From Diplonema japonicum (lineage: Eukaryota > Protista > Euglenozoa: Diplonemea), in NCBI GenBank assembly GCA_964019335.1, contig OZ025655.1, positions 310,001-374,000 on the forward strand: DNA of 64,000 nt, written 5' to 3'. The notes beneath the pieces are model-generated. The model was given only the letters and a program-made list of their open reading frames with translations, was not told the origin of the DNA and did no database searches. Numbering within the stretch: position 1 is the stretch's first letter; every line of letters begins with the position of its first letter. Below, one piece after another: positions 1-11,511 of this stretch. Position numbers and translations under genes: made by a program.

Positions 1-103
1 TTTTTTTGGTTTGATTCTCACCTGGCTTCAGGTGTATTGTGTCTATTCATGTTTGGAGAGAGTACAATACTTTTCTTTTTTTCTTTTTTTTTTAAATTCT
101 TTT

Positions 104-658
104 TTAGATATCCAGGTTTGAATACAGATCAGCTGATCTACCGATGGTGCCTGGCGCCCCGGGAATAGATGCGGGGGCGGCAGGGGACTCATCATCGACC
201 ATGGCCTTGTTCATTTGCTGGATTTCATAACAGTTAAGGAACTCGCTGTAGGAGAGCTCAGGTGTGTGGAACACCTTGTAGGTGGCAAAGGAGATTCCAG
301 CGACAAAGACAAGAGCTCCCGCAGCAACACCCACCCACAGCCACGGCTTTGAGGAGTCTGAAGAATCTTCCTCAAAAGCGCTTGCAAGGCAGAAGTGAAC
401 ACCTCCTTTGGACTCTTTGCATTCGGTTCCGTTGGCACATTTCCCAAGAGAGTGCCCTGCACCAGTCAAACACTGCTGCCCCTCCGCCAATGGAATATGC
501 TTGCAGACACCTGTCGAGTTTGCAGCATCTGTCGAGTTGGCTGCATCTGTCTCGCAAAGTGTCCCCACAGGACAGACTACCGAACTGCAAGGGTCGGCGT
601 CCTCTGGTGCCTCGTCCACAGTGCACAGGGATACGATGACGACAGCAGCGAGGATTGA

Positions 659-661
<3 letters not shown>
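104..661 (-). CDS. Small type-I membrane protein with Cys-rich (EGF/follistatin-N-like) ectodomain, paralog 1
   Basis: Signal peptide MSILAAVVIVSLC; Cys-rich domain (DPCSSVVCPVGTLC...C...C...C...C); TM helix WLWVGVAAGALVFVAGISFA; poly(A) run directly before the ATG; near-identical paralog at 2235-2768. Confidence 0.8.
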
Positions 662-692
<31 letters not shown>

Positions 693-1048
693 CAAATAGA
701 AGAAACTTTTTTTTTTTATTATTATTTTTATAAAACAAAAATCAAGCGCAGTGTATAAATATTCGCAGAGATAACGAAGGGGCTCCTCAAGGGGGAGAAA
801 CGACGCAACAGGAAGAGGGGTTGGTGGGCCCACCTTCGCGGCGAAAACCGAAAACCGCTTCCACTTGGAGGGGACGCTGGTGGATCTTGAGCTGCGAGAA
901 TTGAGGTCCTGAAGATCCTCGGGGCACGAAAACAAGGCATGAATGGCAGAGGAATAGATTGAAAAGAAGAAAAGTGCATTTGAAGAGGAAGAGTAGAGGG
1001 AAAACAAAACAAAAAATGTTCAAGATAGAAAAAAAAAAAGAAAAAAAA

Positions 1049-1089
1049 GAGACATTTAAGGGTATCTGCGGTATGTGGCAGGACGCCTG
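1049..1089. repeat. 41-bp dispersed repeat GAGACATTTAAGGGTAYCTGCGGTATGTGGCAGGACGCCTG, copy 1
   Basis: 40/41 identical to 37258-37298; both copies sit between A-runs. Confidence 0.9.
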
Positions 1090-1597
1090 GAAAAAAAAAA
1101 GAAAAAAAAAAGAAAAAAAAAAAAAAAAAAAAGTATCGGAGTGAATTCGAAAAGGGAACTGGTCATGATGCACCAAACAACGCCTTGCTTTTACTTTTTT
1201 AGCTTGTTTTGAAGAAAAAAGGTCATCACACCACCCCCTTTAGGAAAAGTAGGCGTAGCAGACATCACCCCCATTTTCTTTTTTTTTTTTGCCCCCAACA
1301 TATTCCTGCAAGTAAATAAATTAAGAGGAACAGGGGCTTTAAGTAAAAAAAATAAGGATGAGGGGGGAGAGATAAATTTCTTTAAAAAAAAAAACCTGGA
1401 AGAAAAAAAAAACGTGTCTTTCTTCCAGTTTTTTATTTTGCAAAATGATTCTCAAAAAGAATAAGAAAAAAAAAATAAGATAAAGGGAAAGTGTAGGAGG
1501 GCACAAGGTTAAGCTGGTGCCGCGAGATTAAGAAAGAAAAAAAAAAAAAAAAAAAAGCCGTTCCTATCCACACATTTAAAAAAAAAATGTGCTGTTG

Positions 1598-1647
<50 letters not shown>

Positions 1648-2008
1648 AACTCGCCGTTGTTTGGGAACGAGGCGGAGGTGTTTCTGCCCGTAGCACATCA
1701 ACAGAAAGATTTGTTCTTGTTGGAAAAAAAAAAAATCATTCTCTTCTTATTGTTCAAAATAAAGGGGTGGGTAAACAAGAGAGGAAGTTAGAGTAACAAA
1801 CAACAACAAAAAAAAAGGGATCCACCGAGAGAGAGAGAGAGAGAGAGCTGTGTTAAGTGTTTGCTTCAATAGCCTTTGATTCGAACGAGGTACGGACACG
1901 AGGCCCTCCCCTACGCCAAACTGAATTTCGGTTCTATTTAACTATGCCACCCCCACCCCACCCCCTTAAGGTACAATAAGGAATACCTACAAAGTAGAGT
2001 TTTTTTTA

Positions 2009-2055
<47 letters not shown>

Positions 2056-2234
2056 TATTTTGTTCCATTTCTTTGTATTTCATTTATCTTCTTTTTTTTT
2101 TTTTTCTTGTTTTTTTTCCCACCTGGTTTTTTTCTTTTTTTCTTCCAGGTGGATTGTGTCTATTCATGTTCGGAGAGAGTACATTCTGGAAAAGAAAAAA
2201 AAAAGCTTTATTTTTTTTATTTTTTTTAATTTTT

Positions 2235-2768
2235 CTAAAGATCCAAGTTCGAATGAAGGCCAGACTTACCAACAGTCTGAGTATCATGAACGGCTCCAAG
2301 CTCTTCATCATCGACCATGGCCTTGTTCATTTCGTGTATTTCATAACTGTTAAGGAACTCGCTGTAGGACAGCCCAGGTGTGTGGAACACCTTGTAGGTG
2401 GCAAAGGAGGTTCCAGCGACACAGGCGAGAGCTCCCACAGCAACAATCACCCACAGCCACGGCTTTGAGGAGTCCGAAGAATCATCTTTTTTTTGTTCGA
2501 TGGCACTTGCAAGGCAGAAGTGAACACCTCCTTTGGACTCTTTGCATTCGGTTCCGTTGGCACATTTCCCAAGAGAGTGCCCTGCACCAGTCAAACACTG
2601 CTGCCCCTCTACCAATGGAATATGCTTGCAGACACCTGTCGAGTTTGCAGCATTCGTCTCGCAAACTGTCCCCACAGGACAGGCCATCAAACTGCAAGGG
2701 TCGGCGTCCTCTGGTGCCTCGTCCACACGGCACAGGGATACGATGACGACAGCAGCGAGGATCGACAT
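2235..2768 (-). CDS. Small type-I membrane protein with Cys-rich ectodomain, paralog 2
   Basis: True start MSILAAVV at 2768; highly similar to 104-661 at DNA level, including part of the 3' flank. Confidence 0.8.
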   Translation of the reverse strand: MSILAAVVIVSLCRVDEAPEDADPCSLMACPVGTVCETNAANSTGVCKHIPLVEGQQCLTGAGHSLGKCANGTECKESKGGVHFCLASAIEQKKDDSSDSSKPWLWVIVAVGALACVAGTSFATYKVFHTPGLSYSEFLNSYEIHEMNKAMVDDEELGAVHDTQTVGKSGLHSNLDL

Positions 2769-2982
2769 TTCTTTTTCTTCTTTTTGTGTGTTGAGAAAAA
2801 ACTTTTTTTTCCTTAAACATTCTGTCGAAGAAAAAAAAAAAGAAAAAGAAAAAAGAGGAAAAAGAAAAAAACAAAAAGAAAAAATTAGAAACAAACCTCC
2901 CGTTTCAGGCACACACCCCTCCTGCGTCGTTAATCACGCGCGTGAAGGAGGCGGATTTTCAAAAAAAAAAAAAAAAAAAAGC

Positions 2983-4752
2983 TTATCCATGCGCCCTGCT
3001 GGGTCTCGGGTCGGGCCGTCCCTTCCGCTTCCACTGTCTCTCCAGCTCAAGGAGCTGTCCTGATTTCCCCTGCGTTGTATCGCGAGCGTAGGTAAAGTCA
3101 GGGCATTCTTCAATACCCGTGATGTCGATAACCTCGGGCTCCCCGAAAATAAGGTGAAAAGTATACTCGAAAAAGTAACCCGTCGCATCTCTGTTCCGTC
3201 CTTTAAAACCCTCAATTTTCTCACGAAGGAAACGGTGGTACAAAGACGGGGGCTTTCTGTTAATAACAGCACGGTTCAAAACGAACGACGCACAACACCA
3301 TGCCTGCAACCGGTTTCCCTTAATCCGTCGGATGTTGCCAAACGCCTGGTTCCATGTGAAGATCCAACGCTGTGCCTTACCGGTAGCTTCCCAGGTTCGC
3401 CAGACGGACATTGTGTCTACCTTGGTGACGGGTGTCATCCTGTCAGGTCGCTTCTTCGCGCAGTTCAAGGCATCGTCAAGAACCAGTCGCATATCGCCAG
3501 GCTGATGCCACGCCTGGAGATGGCCATGGTTGAACACTACCCATTCCGGCAGGGGCTTTGCTGTATCTGGATCGGAGAGGTAACCTAAGTATCCCCAGGA
3601 TTCTGTGCAAATATGATGACCCTCATTGGTATCGTCCACACCCCAAATAGTTCTGATGTACCGTTGGCAGTCTAGGTTGCGTGACCATGTTTTGTAGCCC
3701 CATTTGTAGAGCTCTCTGGTCGGGTCGTGTCGGGTCCCCCCGATGACAACAAGGGTCTGGCCGTCGTTTTCACCCGAGCCCCAGACCCATATCCCCATGT
3801 TGTTCCATTCAACATGTCCGTCTGCGTTTGAAAGATTTCTTGTCGATTCCAATGTGTGGTCCTGTACAGCCGCTTCCTCTTGTATCTCTCTTCGAAGTGG
3901 GTCGTCGCATTGCGGTATCCCCCGTACCATGTCCACTTCATACGGAGCTCCAAAGAGTACATGCCATATATACTTCATGACACCTTTTCCAGACCGTTGA
4001 ACAGATCTTTCAAGCTCGTTGTAAAACTCGGGTTTTTTTGCAGTTACGATCTTCGCCGGAACGACGTATTCCGGGCCCCATGAGGCAAGCTTCACGGGAG
4101 CTCGTTTTTGAAGCTGTTTCTGAACGATGCCGGAGACCGTTTGGAACATAGGGTGGGTTTGTGATAGGGATAGTTTGGCTCTACGGTTGATTGGTGACAG
4201 ATTCCCGGTTATCCTGGAGCATGTGAGGCTTGATTTAAGACTTTGTATTGCGGTTTCAGGTTCTTGAGAAGAAGAGACAAACGCCAGGTAGGTACCTGTG
4301 GGTTTGGAGTCGTCGGGGTCAGATAGGTATCCTAGGTAGCCCCAGGCCTCTTCCATTTCAAGCTTCCTCTCAAGCGTGTTGTCCCATTTATTTTGGTCGA
4401 AGGATGATTCGTCGCTGCTTCCTATGTTGCGTGTCCATATTACGAAGCCTTCTTCGAGTAGTTTTGAGATGTGCGAGGCGCTGTTCCCGCCGAGGATTAC
4501 TACCACTTCTCCGACGTACTTCCCACCGGGAACCCAATACCACATCCCTTTTGAGTTTGACGCGACATAGCCCTTTCTTTCGGTCTTCGATATTTGCTTT
4601 TCGGTGCCTGTTTGTCCCAAAACTGTTTGTGACACATGCAACGAGGCTGATACAGCACCATTGGTCTTTGGTTGCCCCAACCGTCCATTGCTGCAGATTG
4701 CAATCACACACAACAGTGTGGTGACAGACAGGGCGATTTGACGGGTGTTCAT
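2983..4752 (-). CDS. Type-II membrane/secreted protein with two DUF3431-like (putative glycosyltransferase-like) domains
   Basis: Start MNTRQIALS after poly(A); N-terminal hydrophobic anchor; motifs ESWGYLGYLSD..LPEWVVFNHGHLQAWHQ, WCCASFVL, GYFFEYTFHLIFGEP match DUF3431; a degenerate first copy has EAWGYLGYLSD and YIWHVLFG. Confidence 0.75.
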   Translation of the reverse strand: MNTRQIALSVTTLLCVIAICSNGRLGQPKTNGAVSASLHVSQTVLGQTGTEKQISKTERKGYVASNSKGMWYWVPGGKYVGEVVVILGGNSASHISKLLEEGFVIWTRNIGSSDESSFDQNKWDNTLERKLEMEEAWGYLGYLSDPDDSKPTGTYLAFVSSSQEPETAIQSLKSSLTCSRITGNLSPINRRAKLSLSQTHPMFQTVSGIVQKQLQKRAPVKLASWGPEYVVPAKIVTAKKPEFYNELERSVQRSGKGVMKYIWHVLFGAPYEVDMVRGIPQCDDPLRREIQEEAAVQDHTLESTRNLSNADGHVEWNNMGIWVWGSGENDGQTLVVIGGTRHDPTRELYKWGYKTWSRNLDCQRYIRTIWGVDDTNEGHHICTESWGYLGYLSDPDTAKPLPEWVVFNHGHLQAWHQPGDMRLVLDDALNCAKKRPDRMTPVTKVDTMSVWRTWEATGKAQRWIFTWNQAFGNIRRIKGNRLQAWCCASFVLNRAVINRKPPSLYHRFLREKIEGFKGRNRDATGYFFEYTFHLIFGEPEVIDITGIEECPDFTYARDTTQGKSGQLLELERQWKRKGRPDPRPSRAHG

Positions 4753-4828
4753 TTTTTTTTTTTTTTTTTCCCCCTTTCCCCCTCCTCTCCTTTCCCTGGG
4801 GGTGGGTGGGGTCTTTTTTCTTTTTTGG

Positions 4829-4863
<35 letters not shown>

Positions 4864-4955
4864 GGAAAGTGAAATAAAGGGGAGAAAAGAATGAAAAAAA
4901 AAAAAAGGGAAACGGTGCTTTACGTAGGGCAAAAACATATTTGTTTTTGTTTTTT

Positions 4956-4988
<33 letters not shown>

Positions 4989-6545
4989 TTCTCTTCTTCT
5001 TTTTCCTCTTTCTCAACCTTGGCGTGGTGGGGGTGGGCGGGGCGAATGAGGCTCTCAAAAAAACCATTTTTCTTTCTTGAAAGAGATCCGAGGCATTTAA
5101 AAAAATGCTTTTCTTTTTTTTTTCTTGGGGATGGCCTTGGGTGAACCTCTTTTTGTTTCCCCCTTTTGGAATCATGTTCAAGAAACAACATTTTCAAAAG
5201 AAATGAAATTCGCAGTTTTTCTTCCCTCCCTCAAGTTAAAAAAAAAACCCCCCCTCAGTTTGCATACGAAGAAAAAAATAACAATAGGGAAAATAAATTC
5301 TTCAGTTTAAAAGAACTACTTCTTTTACGTATTCCTGTTCTTTGTTTTCTTTTTTTTTCCCCCTTCTTTTCTTGTTTGCTTGAAATCATTGGAAAACAAG
5401 AAGGTAAAGATAAAGGAATGGCAGTGAAACGGGGGAGGGGGAGAAAAAAAAAGGGGGGGTGTAAATTGAGATTAAGCGGGTTGAAATAATATTCTCACTT
5501 CTGTCGTCACTCATCCCCCGCGATTTCTTTTTCCTCCATTCCCCCTTCCCTTTTCCTTGTACTGAGGTTATTCTCGTGCCCGAGCAAACAGAGTTGATTT
5601 TAAAAAATCCCTAACCTAACCTATTTTGTTTGTGCAAGCCGTTTTCACCTACAGTAGATCAATGGATAAACTGCCTCTGCTCTTTTTTGCAATAACAATT
5701 CTTTTCAAAATTTTGTTTACTTGTTCCAGCAAAAAAAAAAAAAGAGTGTCGTCAGCCTGCAGTTGGTAGGAGAAGTACAAGTTTAGAAATCATTTTTTCT
5801 CGTTTCAAACCACATTGCTTTCTTTGAACAAAAAAAATAAAATAAAAAAAAATTCCGCAAGGCAATTCAGGTGAGGGAGGTTGGAGAGGAAAGAAGAATA
5901 ACGGAAGTAAAAAAAAAGGGGGGGGCGGGTGGGGGAAAAGAAGAAAACCCCCTTTCCTCCCGCACAATTTGGCTACGTCCTTTGCCAATGAGTTGGACCA
6001 GGGTGGAACGCAAAGAGGCAATGGCCTGTGCAAATCCCTTTCCCCCCCCCCCCCCCCCAGAACAAACAAAAAGGGAACGGGGAGGAGAAACACACTAATT
6101 GTGATTACTAAGAAGCTCGCACGTAAAGGTTTAAAAAAAAAAAAAAAGGATGTAATGGAGGGAGTGGTGGGTAAGAGAAAAAAAACTTTTTTATCTGTGT
6201 TCTGTTTCTTCAGTAGTGGGGATAACATGGAGATATAAAGAAATACATTACTATGCGTAGTTTCGCTGTTTACCTCCAACACCCGCACGCATTAAGGTCA
6301 CGACACCGTGCCACAGCGCCAAAACTGGCCTCCTTTATCTCGTATATAAATTATCGAATTTTCTTTTTATTCTTCAGTCCTTCTCCCCTTAAAAGCATGT
6401 TTTACGGATTTGTTTCTTTTTCATATTTCTTTCTTTTTTTTCTTTTTTTTTTTTTTTCTCTCTCTCACTTCGCGACCAGCACACACTGGGGGAGGGGAAA
6501 AATGCGGGGTTAGCCCCCTAAAAAAAAAGGTAAAACTTAATTGCC

Positions 6546-7650
6546 CTAAGATAACGTGCCGAAAATCTGTATTGAAAGAAAAAAAAATTATTATATTATT
6601 TGTTTCACCAGTAACACACCTCAAAACACGAAACAACCAAAGCAGAGGTACTATGCGAATTCCCATTGGGCTTCAACACAATTCGGAAAGTGTTATAAGG
6701 GGTCTGTGGGTATTGTGTGTCTTGCTCTTTTTTCCCTCCATGTCACCATACCGAGCAACTCACCGCAAAATCAGCGGTTGGGTTCGACGAAGAGAAGGAA
6801 GTGTCCTCAGCGTGGGTGGAGATCACTGTGAACTGCTCACCGTCGTTGCTCCCTTCGAAGGTCCACTCTCGGGGGAAGAAATCCTTGACCACAGCACGCT
6901 GGCTGAAGCGGTACCCCGTTGGGACGATGGTGTGTTCCTTGAACGAAATCTGTGACAAGGATTTTTTTTCCCCCCCCAATCACACCTGAACCCAACTGTT
7001 AGGCTCATTCTTTGTAAAGAAAACCTGGTCCGAAAAGGAGTGGTCCACAACCATAGACCGCTGCCCTCGTTGGATGGAAGAAGAGGTGACTGCGATGGCT
7101 CCGCTCATGAAGGCGTTGGCCCACCTGGAGTTTTTTTTTTTTTTTTTTTTTTTTTTCCCTTGCCACCATACGTTGAAGCGCCCTTGTCACATGACAAGTA
7201 AAAAACAATTCCGTTTGTTTCAGAGAAGGGGAACTCCGTCGTTCCCTGTGGTATGCTGCAGGGGAGCTCTTCCTGCGGTTCCTGAAAGGAAAAAAGAAAA
7301 AAAAGAAATGGGTAAGTTTCTTTTAAAGGCGGGTACCTGCTGTGTGAACTGCTTGAAACCTGATTTGCCCCTTCCGCCACCTGTCAGCATGGCACCTCTG
7401 CCTTTCCCGCCTCCTCCTCCACCCCCTTTCTTCCCCCGTCCTCTGCTCCATTGTCCGAAGGCTGACGCAGGGAGCTCACCTTTCACACCTTTGCCAAGCT
7501 GGCCTTTTCGAAAGAGTCCCCAGCGTTCGTCGTCGTCGGCTGAGGCCTGCTGGGACTGGGAGGGAGACTGGGAGGAGGAGGGGCTTTCAAGGGTGCTAGT
7601 GGTATTCCCCCAGTGGGACCGTACAGACTTCGTCCCGTTGTTGTTGCTGC

Positions 7651-7684
<34 letters not shown>

Positions 7685-8332
7685 GCTGTTGTTGTTGTTG
7701 TTGTTGCTGCCACGGTGTTGGTACTGTTGCCTCTCTCTCTGCGGCTCCACAAAGGCAGACTGTATTTTGGCCGAGGACTTCACAGGCCGGAGCTTCCCGT
7801 AGAACTCAAGACAATTCAGGTTAAGAATGTGATTATTAGAAGTGTTCCCGTGAGGTTTCATCAAAATCCTCAAAAATCTATAGTACGTAGTAGTATGAGG
7901 TGCGGCGTAGGCCACCCAAGGTGCCTCCTGCGAGAGGGCGGTGTCGTTGTTGCGCACATCAACGTCTTCATAATAATGCCCATCGTGAGAACCCTGCAGG
8001 GTCCAGGATCTTAGGAACATGTCTCTTCTCCTTGCTGAATGTGCCATGCTGTAGACGACAGGGTTAAGCTCGTAGAATCTCAGGTCTACTGCCACCCAGC
8101 TGTTCGGGACGTTGTTGCTGCAGTAAGATTGGTCCGAGAAGTTCCAGTCTGTTATCATCCTCAACCCACCTTGGTCGCAGCTGCTTGCCAGCACCTCCAC
8201 AGGCGCATCATCGTGCCCATCCCCTGCCGGGTTCTTCCACGGCTTCTTACCCCCATCTGTACCCAACCAATGCAACACACCATTCTTATCGCCTATCCCT
8301 GTAAATGATAGTTCTACCTGCCCGCCTACCAT
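6546..8332 (-). CDS. Protein with two F5/8-type-C/galactose-binding-like domains linked by a poly-Asn/Gly-rich spacer; 5 introns (7282-7336, 7125-7171, 6950-6985, 6704-6751, 6567-6619)
   Basis: Domain 1 reads NGVLHWLGT..WKNP..NSWVAVDL..SWTLQGSHDG..LEFYG. Removing five GT-AG introns gives a second homologous domain NGIVFYL..TWANA..NSWVQISF..EWTFEGSNDG..CFEIFG*. Confidence 0.8.
7637..7708. repeat. (TTG/CTG)n microsatellite encoding a poly-Asn tract
   Basis: Visible trinucleotide run inside the CDS. Confidence 0.9.
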
Positions 8333-8353
8333 CTTTTGTTGCCTTTCTTTTTT

Positions 8354-8680
8354 TTATTTCTCGGCCACGAGCCACCCCCCTTTTTTTTTCGTTTCCTGGT
8401 GGGTTTTTTTTGGGGGGGAAAGGGGGACAAAAAAAAGGCCTGAATAGGCTAGCGAGAGTACGAAATACTGCGCCAACTGCAAGCACACGTCGCGTGCTTG
8501 TTCCTTGTTCGGGCTGATGTCAGCCATGCCCAACATCGCCCCCAAGACGCTGCCTTCCACCGTCGCGACCTGTTTTTCATCAACAGCTGTACGGAACCTG
8601 TCCTGCTGGTTCCAGTAGTACGACCCGTAGACACGCGCTACACATTCTGCCACCAGCTGCTCGAGCTCGCTCCGCTCCAT
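8354..8680 (-). CDS. Short hypothetical protein, or possibly a 5' exon; 3' end uncertain
   Basis: Coding-like ORF MERSELEQLVAECV...; possible donor GTATTT after LAQ. Confidence 0.45.
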   Translation of the reverse strand: MERSELEQLVAECVARVYGSYYWNQQDRFRTAVDEKQVATVEGSVLGAMLGMADISPNKEQARDVCLQLAQYFVLSLAYSGLFFVPLSPPKKTHQETKKKGGWLVAEK

Positions 8681-8815
8681 GTGACCTTTCCAAGTGAGAG
8701 GTAAGGAAAATCAAACAAAAAAAAAAAATGAAAGGGCCTTTTGGTACGGGCCTTTGCAGTACGTTTGGTTAACATCGGGAGGAAAATCTTTTTTTTATCT
8801 TTTTTTTTTTTTGAA

Positions 8816-9598
8816 TCAAAGCTTGGACCTCTTTCCAGTCCAACGAGGAGCACGTTTCTCAATGAACGCCTTGGGGCCTTCAGAGAAGTCGGGGGTCGAG
8901 ATAAGCGACGCCATGCCCTTGGTGGAGTCCTTGAAGCCATCGGCTTCTGAGGTGGTGAGGTTGTCAATGACCACACGACGCGCCTCACGGACGGCAAGGG
9001 GTGCGTTGACAGCAAGACGGGCAGCGAGGTCAAGCGCAGCCTGCTCGCTTTGGCCCTTGGGGCAGAGTACATTGACCATACCATGCTGGTGGAGCTTGGC
9101 GGCGGGCATGGGGTCACCTGTGAGGATGAGCTCCATGGCGAGGGAGTACGGAAGCTTCTTCGGCAAGCGGAGCATGCCGCCTGCTGCAGGGATCAGCGAC
9201 CTCTTCACCTCAGGCAGCCCGAAGCGCGAGGCGTCTGATGCAACAATCAGATCACATGACAGAACGATCTCACACCCACCTGCCAAGGCTGCACCGTCGA
9301 CGCATGCAATCATCGGCTTTGTCCTCGGGTACTGTACAAACCCTGCAAAACCCCCCTTTGCTGTCGACACCTTCTTGCCTCTCGACACGCTTTTCAGGTC
9401 CGCACCTGCGCAGAACACCTTGGGGTGGCTGCTCCTCACAATCCCCACCCACACATTTTCATCCGCTTCAAAGTCGTCCATCAGCTTCTCGAACGTCTGG
9501 CTCACCTCATGCGACACTGCGTTCATCGCTTTTGGACGGTTAAGCGTGAATATACCCACATTCCCCCTCTTCTCGTATAGCACTACAGGCTCGGACAT
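8816..9598 (-). CDS. Enoyl-CoA hydratase/crotonase family protein, peroxisomal/glycosomal (PTS1)
   Basis: Motifs LNRPKAMNA, FCAGADLK, ALAGGCEIVLSCD, FGLPEVKR; C-terminal SKL. Confidence 0.92.
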   Translation of the reverse strand: MSEPVVLYEKRGNVGIFTLNRPKAMNAVSHEVSQTFEKLMDDFEADENVWVGIVRSSHPKVFCAGADLKSVSRGKKVSTAKGGFAGFVQYPRTKPMIACVDGAALAGGCEIVLSCDLIVASDASRFGLPEVKRSLIPAAGGMLRLPKKLPYSLAMELILTGDPMPAAKLHQHGMVNVLCPKGQSEQAALDLAARLAVNAPLAVREARRVVIDNLTTSEADGFKDSTKGMASLISTPDFSEGPKAFIEKRAPRWTGKRSKL

Positions 9599-9767
9599 TT
9601 TTCTTTTGCTTTTTTTCGTGTACTGCTTCCTTTAATTTGTATTTAAAAAAAAAGCGGGGGGGGTATTTTTCCAAAGAAAGCACTAAAAAAAGAATAAAAT
9701 AAAATAAAATAAAAAAACTGGTATTATTACTGTACTGGTCTCTTTTTTCTTCTTCTTTTTTTGAAGG

Positions 9768-11463
9768 TCAGCTTTCACTTTGCAGCCAAGGGTGTTCTAG
9801 CAGGACGCTGGCGGAGGGCCTGCTTTCCGGATCTATTTGGAAACACTTATCGAGGAAGTCAGCGAGGCCTTCGGGGATGTCTGTGGGTATCTCGGTAGGC
9901 TTGGTTCCCTGTGCGATCATCATCATCGCCTGCTGGGGGGAGCCCTGCGTGGGCCACGGGGGCTTGCCCGTGAGCATCTCGACGACAGTACACCCAGCAG
10001 ACCAAATGTCAGCTTTGCTGTCGTAGCCGTCAGGTCTCGAGATGACCTCTGGGGCCATCCAGTATGGGGTGCCTACCATAGTTCGCGCTGCCATTGCCTT
10101 CGCAACTAGTTTCTTCGATGCACCGAAGTCCGCAAGCTTCAGAATGCCTTTGTCTTGATCGACAAGAACGTTGTCCCCTTTAATGTCTCTGTGGATCACG
10201 CCCCTCCCGTGCAGGTACTCCAGCCCGCTCATGATGTCCCTTGTGTAGCCCCTTACCACTTCTACAGGCAGCATCTGGAACCTCTTCACCTGTGAGAAGT
10301 TCCTCATAGATACAGTGCATACCATAGACGACAGTGACCCACCCGTTACGAACTCCATGAAGATGTTGATGCATTCTTCCTTCTCGTTGTATTCGGCTCC
10401 CAAGAACTGTATTATTTGTGGTTTTATTCGTTTGAAGGCACACCTTGCACACATTGGGGTGGTCCAGCACGCGCATCACCCCCAGCTCTCGGTGAAGTGC
10501 CTTGATTTCCTTCTCCCAACCAACGTCAGGTTTTGCGGACAGCATGATCTGCTTCACTGCTACGAACGCACCTGTCGTGAGCAGGCCCTGGTACACCGTC
10601 CCGAAGGAGCCCCTGCCGAGCAAGGGGCCCTTGGTCCAGTTGATGAGGTTGTCCGTCTTCGTGAGGAAGGTCTTGAGGAGCTCTATCGACGTGCACTGGT
10701 GTGTCTTGATCGTCTGGTAGTTGGGAAGCGCTGCCGACTGCAGAAGCTCCTCTCGCGTCTTCCCCTTCGACCTTGCAGGCCCCGACGGCGGTGACGGTGG
10801 CAGCGGTGTCGTCCTCTCTGCCAGCTTCTGCTCCGCAAGATTTGCCCGTTGCTCCGCCTCCTTCGCCCGTTTCGTCAGCTCTTGCACCTGCTTCTGCGGG
10901 TCATCACCCGTCTTCTGGCCTTTCTTGCATCTCTTGCTCCCGCAGTGCACACAGAACGTCGCGCCTTTCGGGAACACCCATCCGCATCCACACGCAGGCT
11001 CCATCACCTCTTCTGTCTCCACCACCTGTCGCTTCATGGCGATCGTGCCGCCTCTCTGATGTCCGCATGAGCTGCAAAACTTAGCCTTCGGTGGTGCATA
11101 AGGCAACGCACATTGGCTGCACTGTGCCGGCGGCTCCGTACCAGTGGGTTGCGACGGTTGGTGTTTTGGAGTGTTAAACGCTACAGAGGGCTTCTTCTCT
11201 TTTTCTTTTTCTTTTTCTTTTTCTTTTTCCTTTTCCTTCTCTTTTGCTGTTTCCGAAGGCTGCTTCAGCGCACCAGGCGGCTTCCCACCGGTGCTCGGAC
11301 GCCTTGGCTGTTGGGGCCTGGGGTTTTGCTGTGCTGGGCGTCCACAGTTTTTACAGAACTTCGCGGAAGCGGGCCCCACGGCGCCGCAGGGACATTCTCG
11401 TGTATCGGCAGCGCTCATGCCGCCAACCTCTTGTGTTGTGTGATATAATGTTGCGGCTGGCAT
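9768..11463 (-). CDS. STE11/MEKK-type MAPKKK with N-terminal double-zinc-ribbon motifs; introns 10407-10443 and 10290-10322
   Basis: Motifs WTKGPLLGRGSFGTVY, VAVKQ, HRDIKGDN, DFG, GTPYWMAPE; three CxC..FCxxCG ribbons; splicing joins HPNVCK|FLGAE and LSSM|VKRF. Confidence 0.92.
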
Positions 11464-11511
11464 GTCGAAGAAAAAAAAAGAGAAGAACAAATACTACTAC
11501 CACGGAAGTGG

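Noticed and set aside
5608-5623. CCCTAACCTAACCTA, telomere-like
   Set aside because: Only about three imperfect units; not an array.
8694-9635. Long plus-strand ORFs (also 32251-33015 and 52356-53237)
   Set aside because: Antisense shadows of well-supported minus-strand genes.
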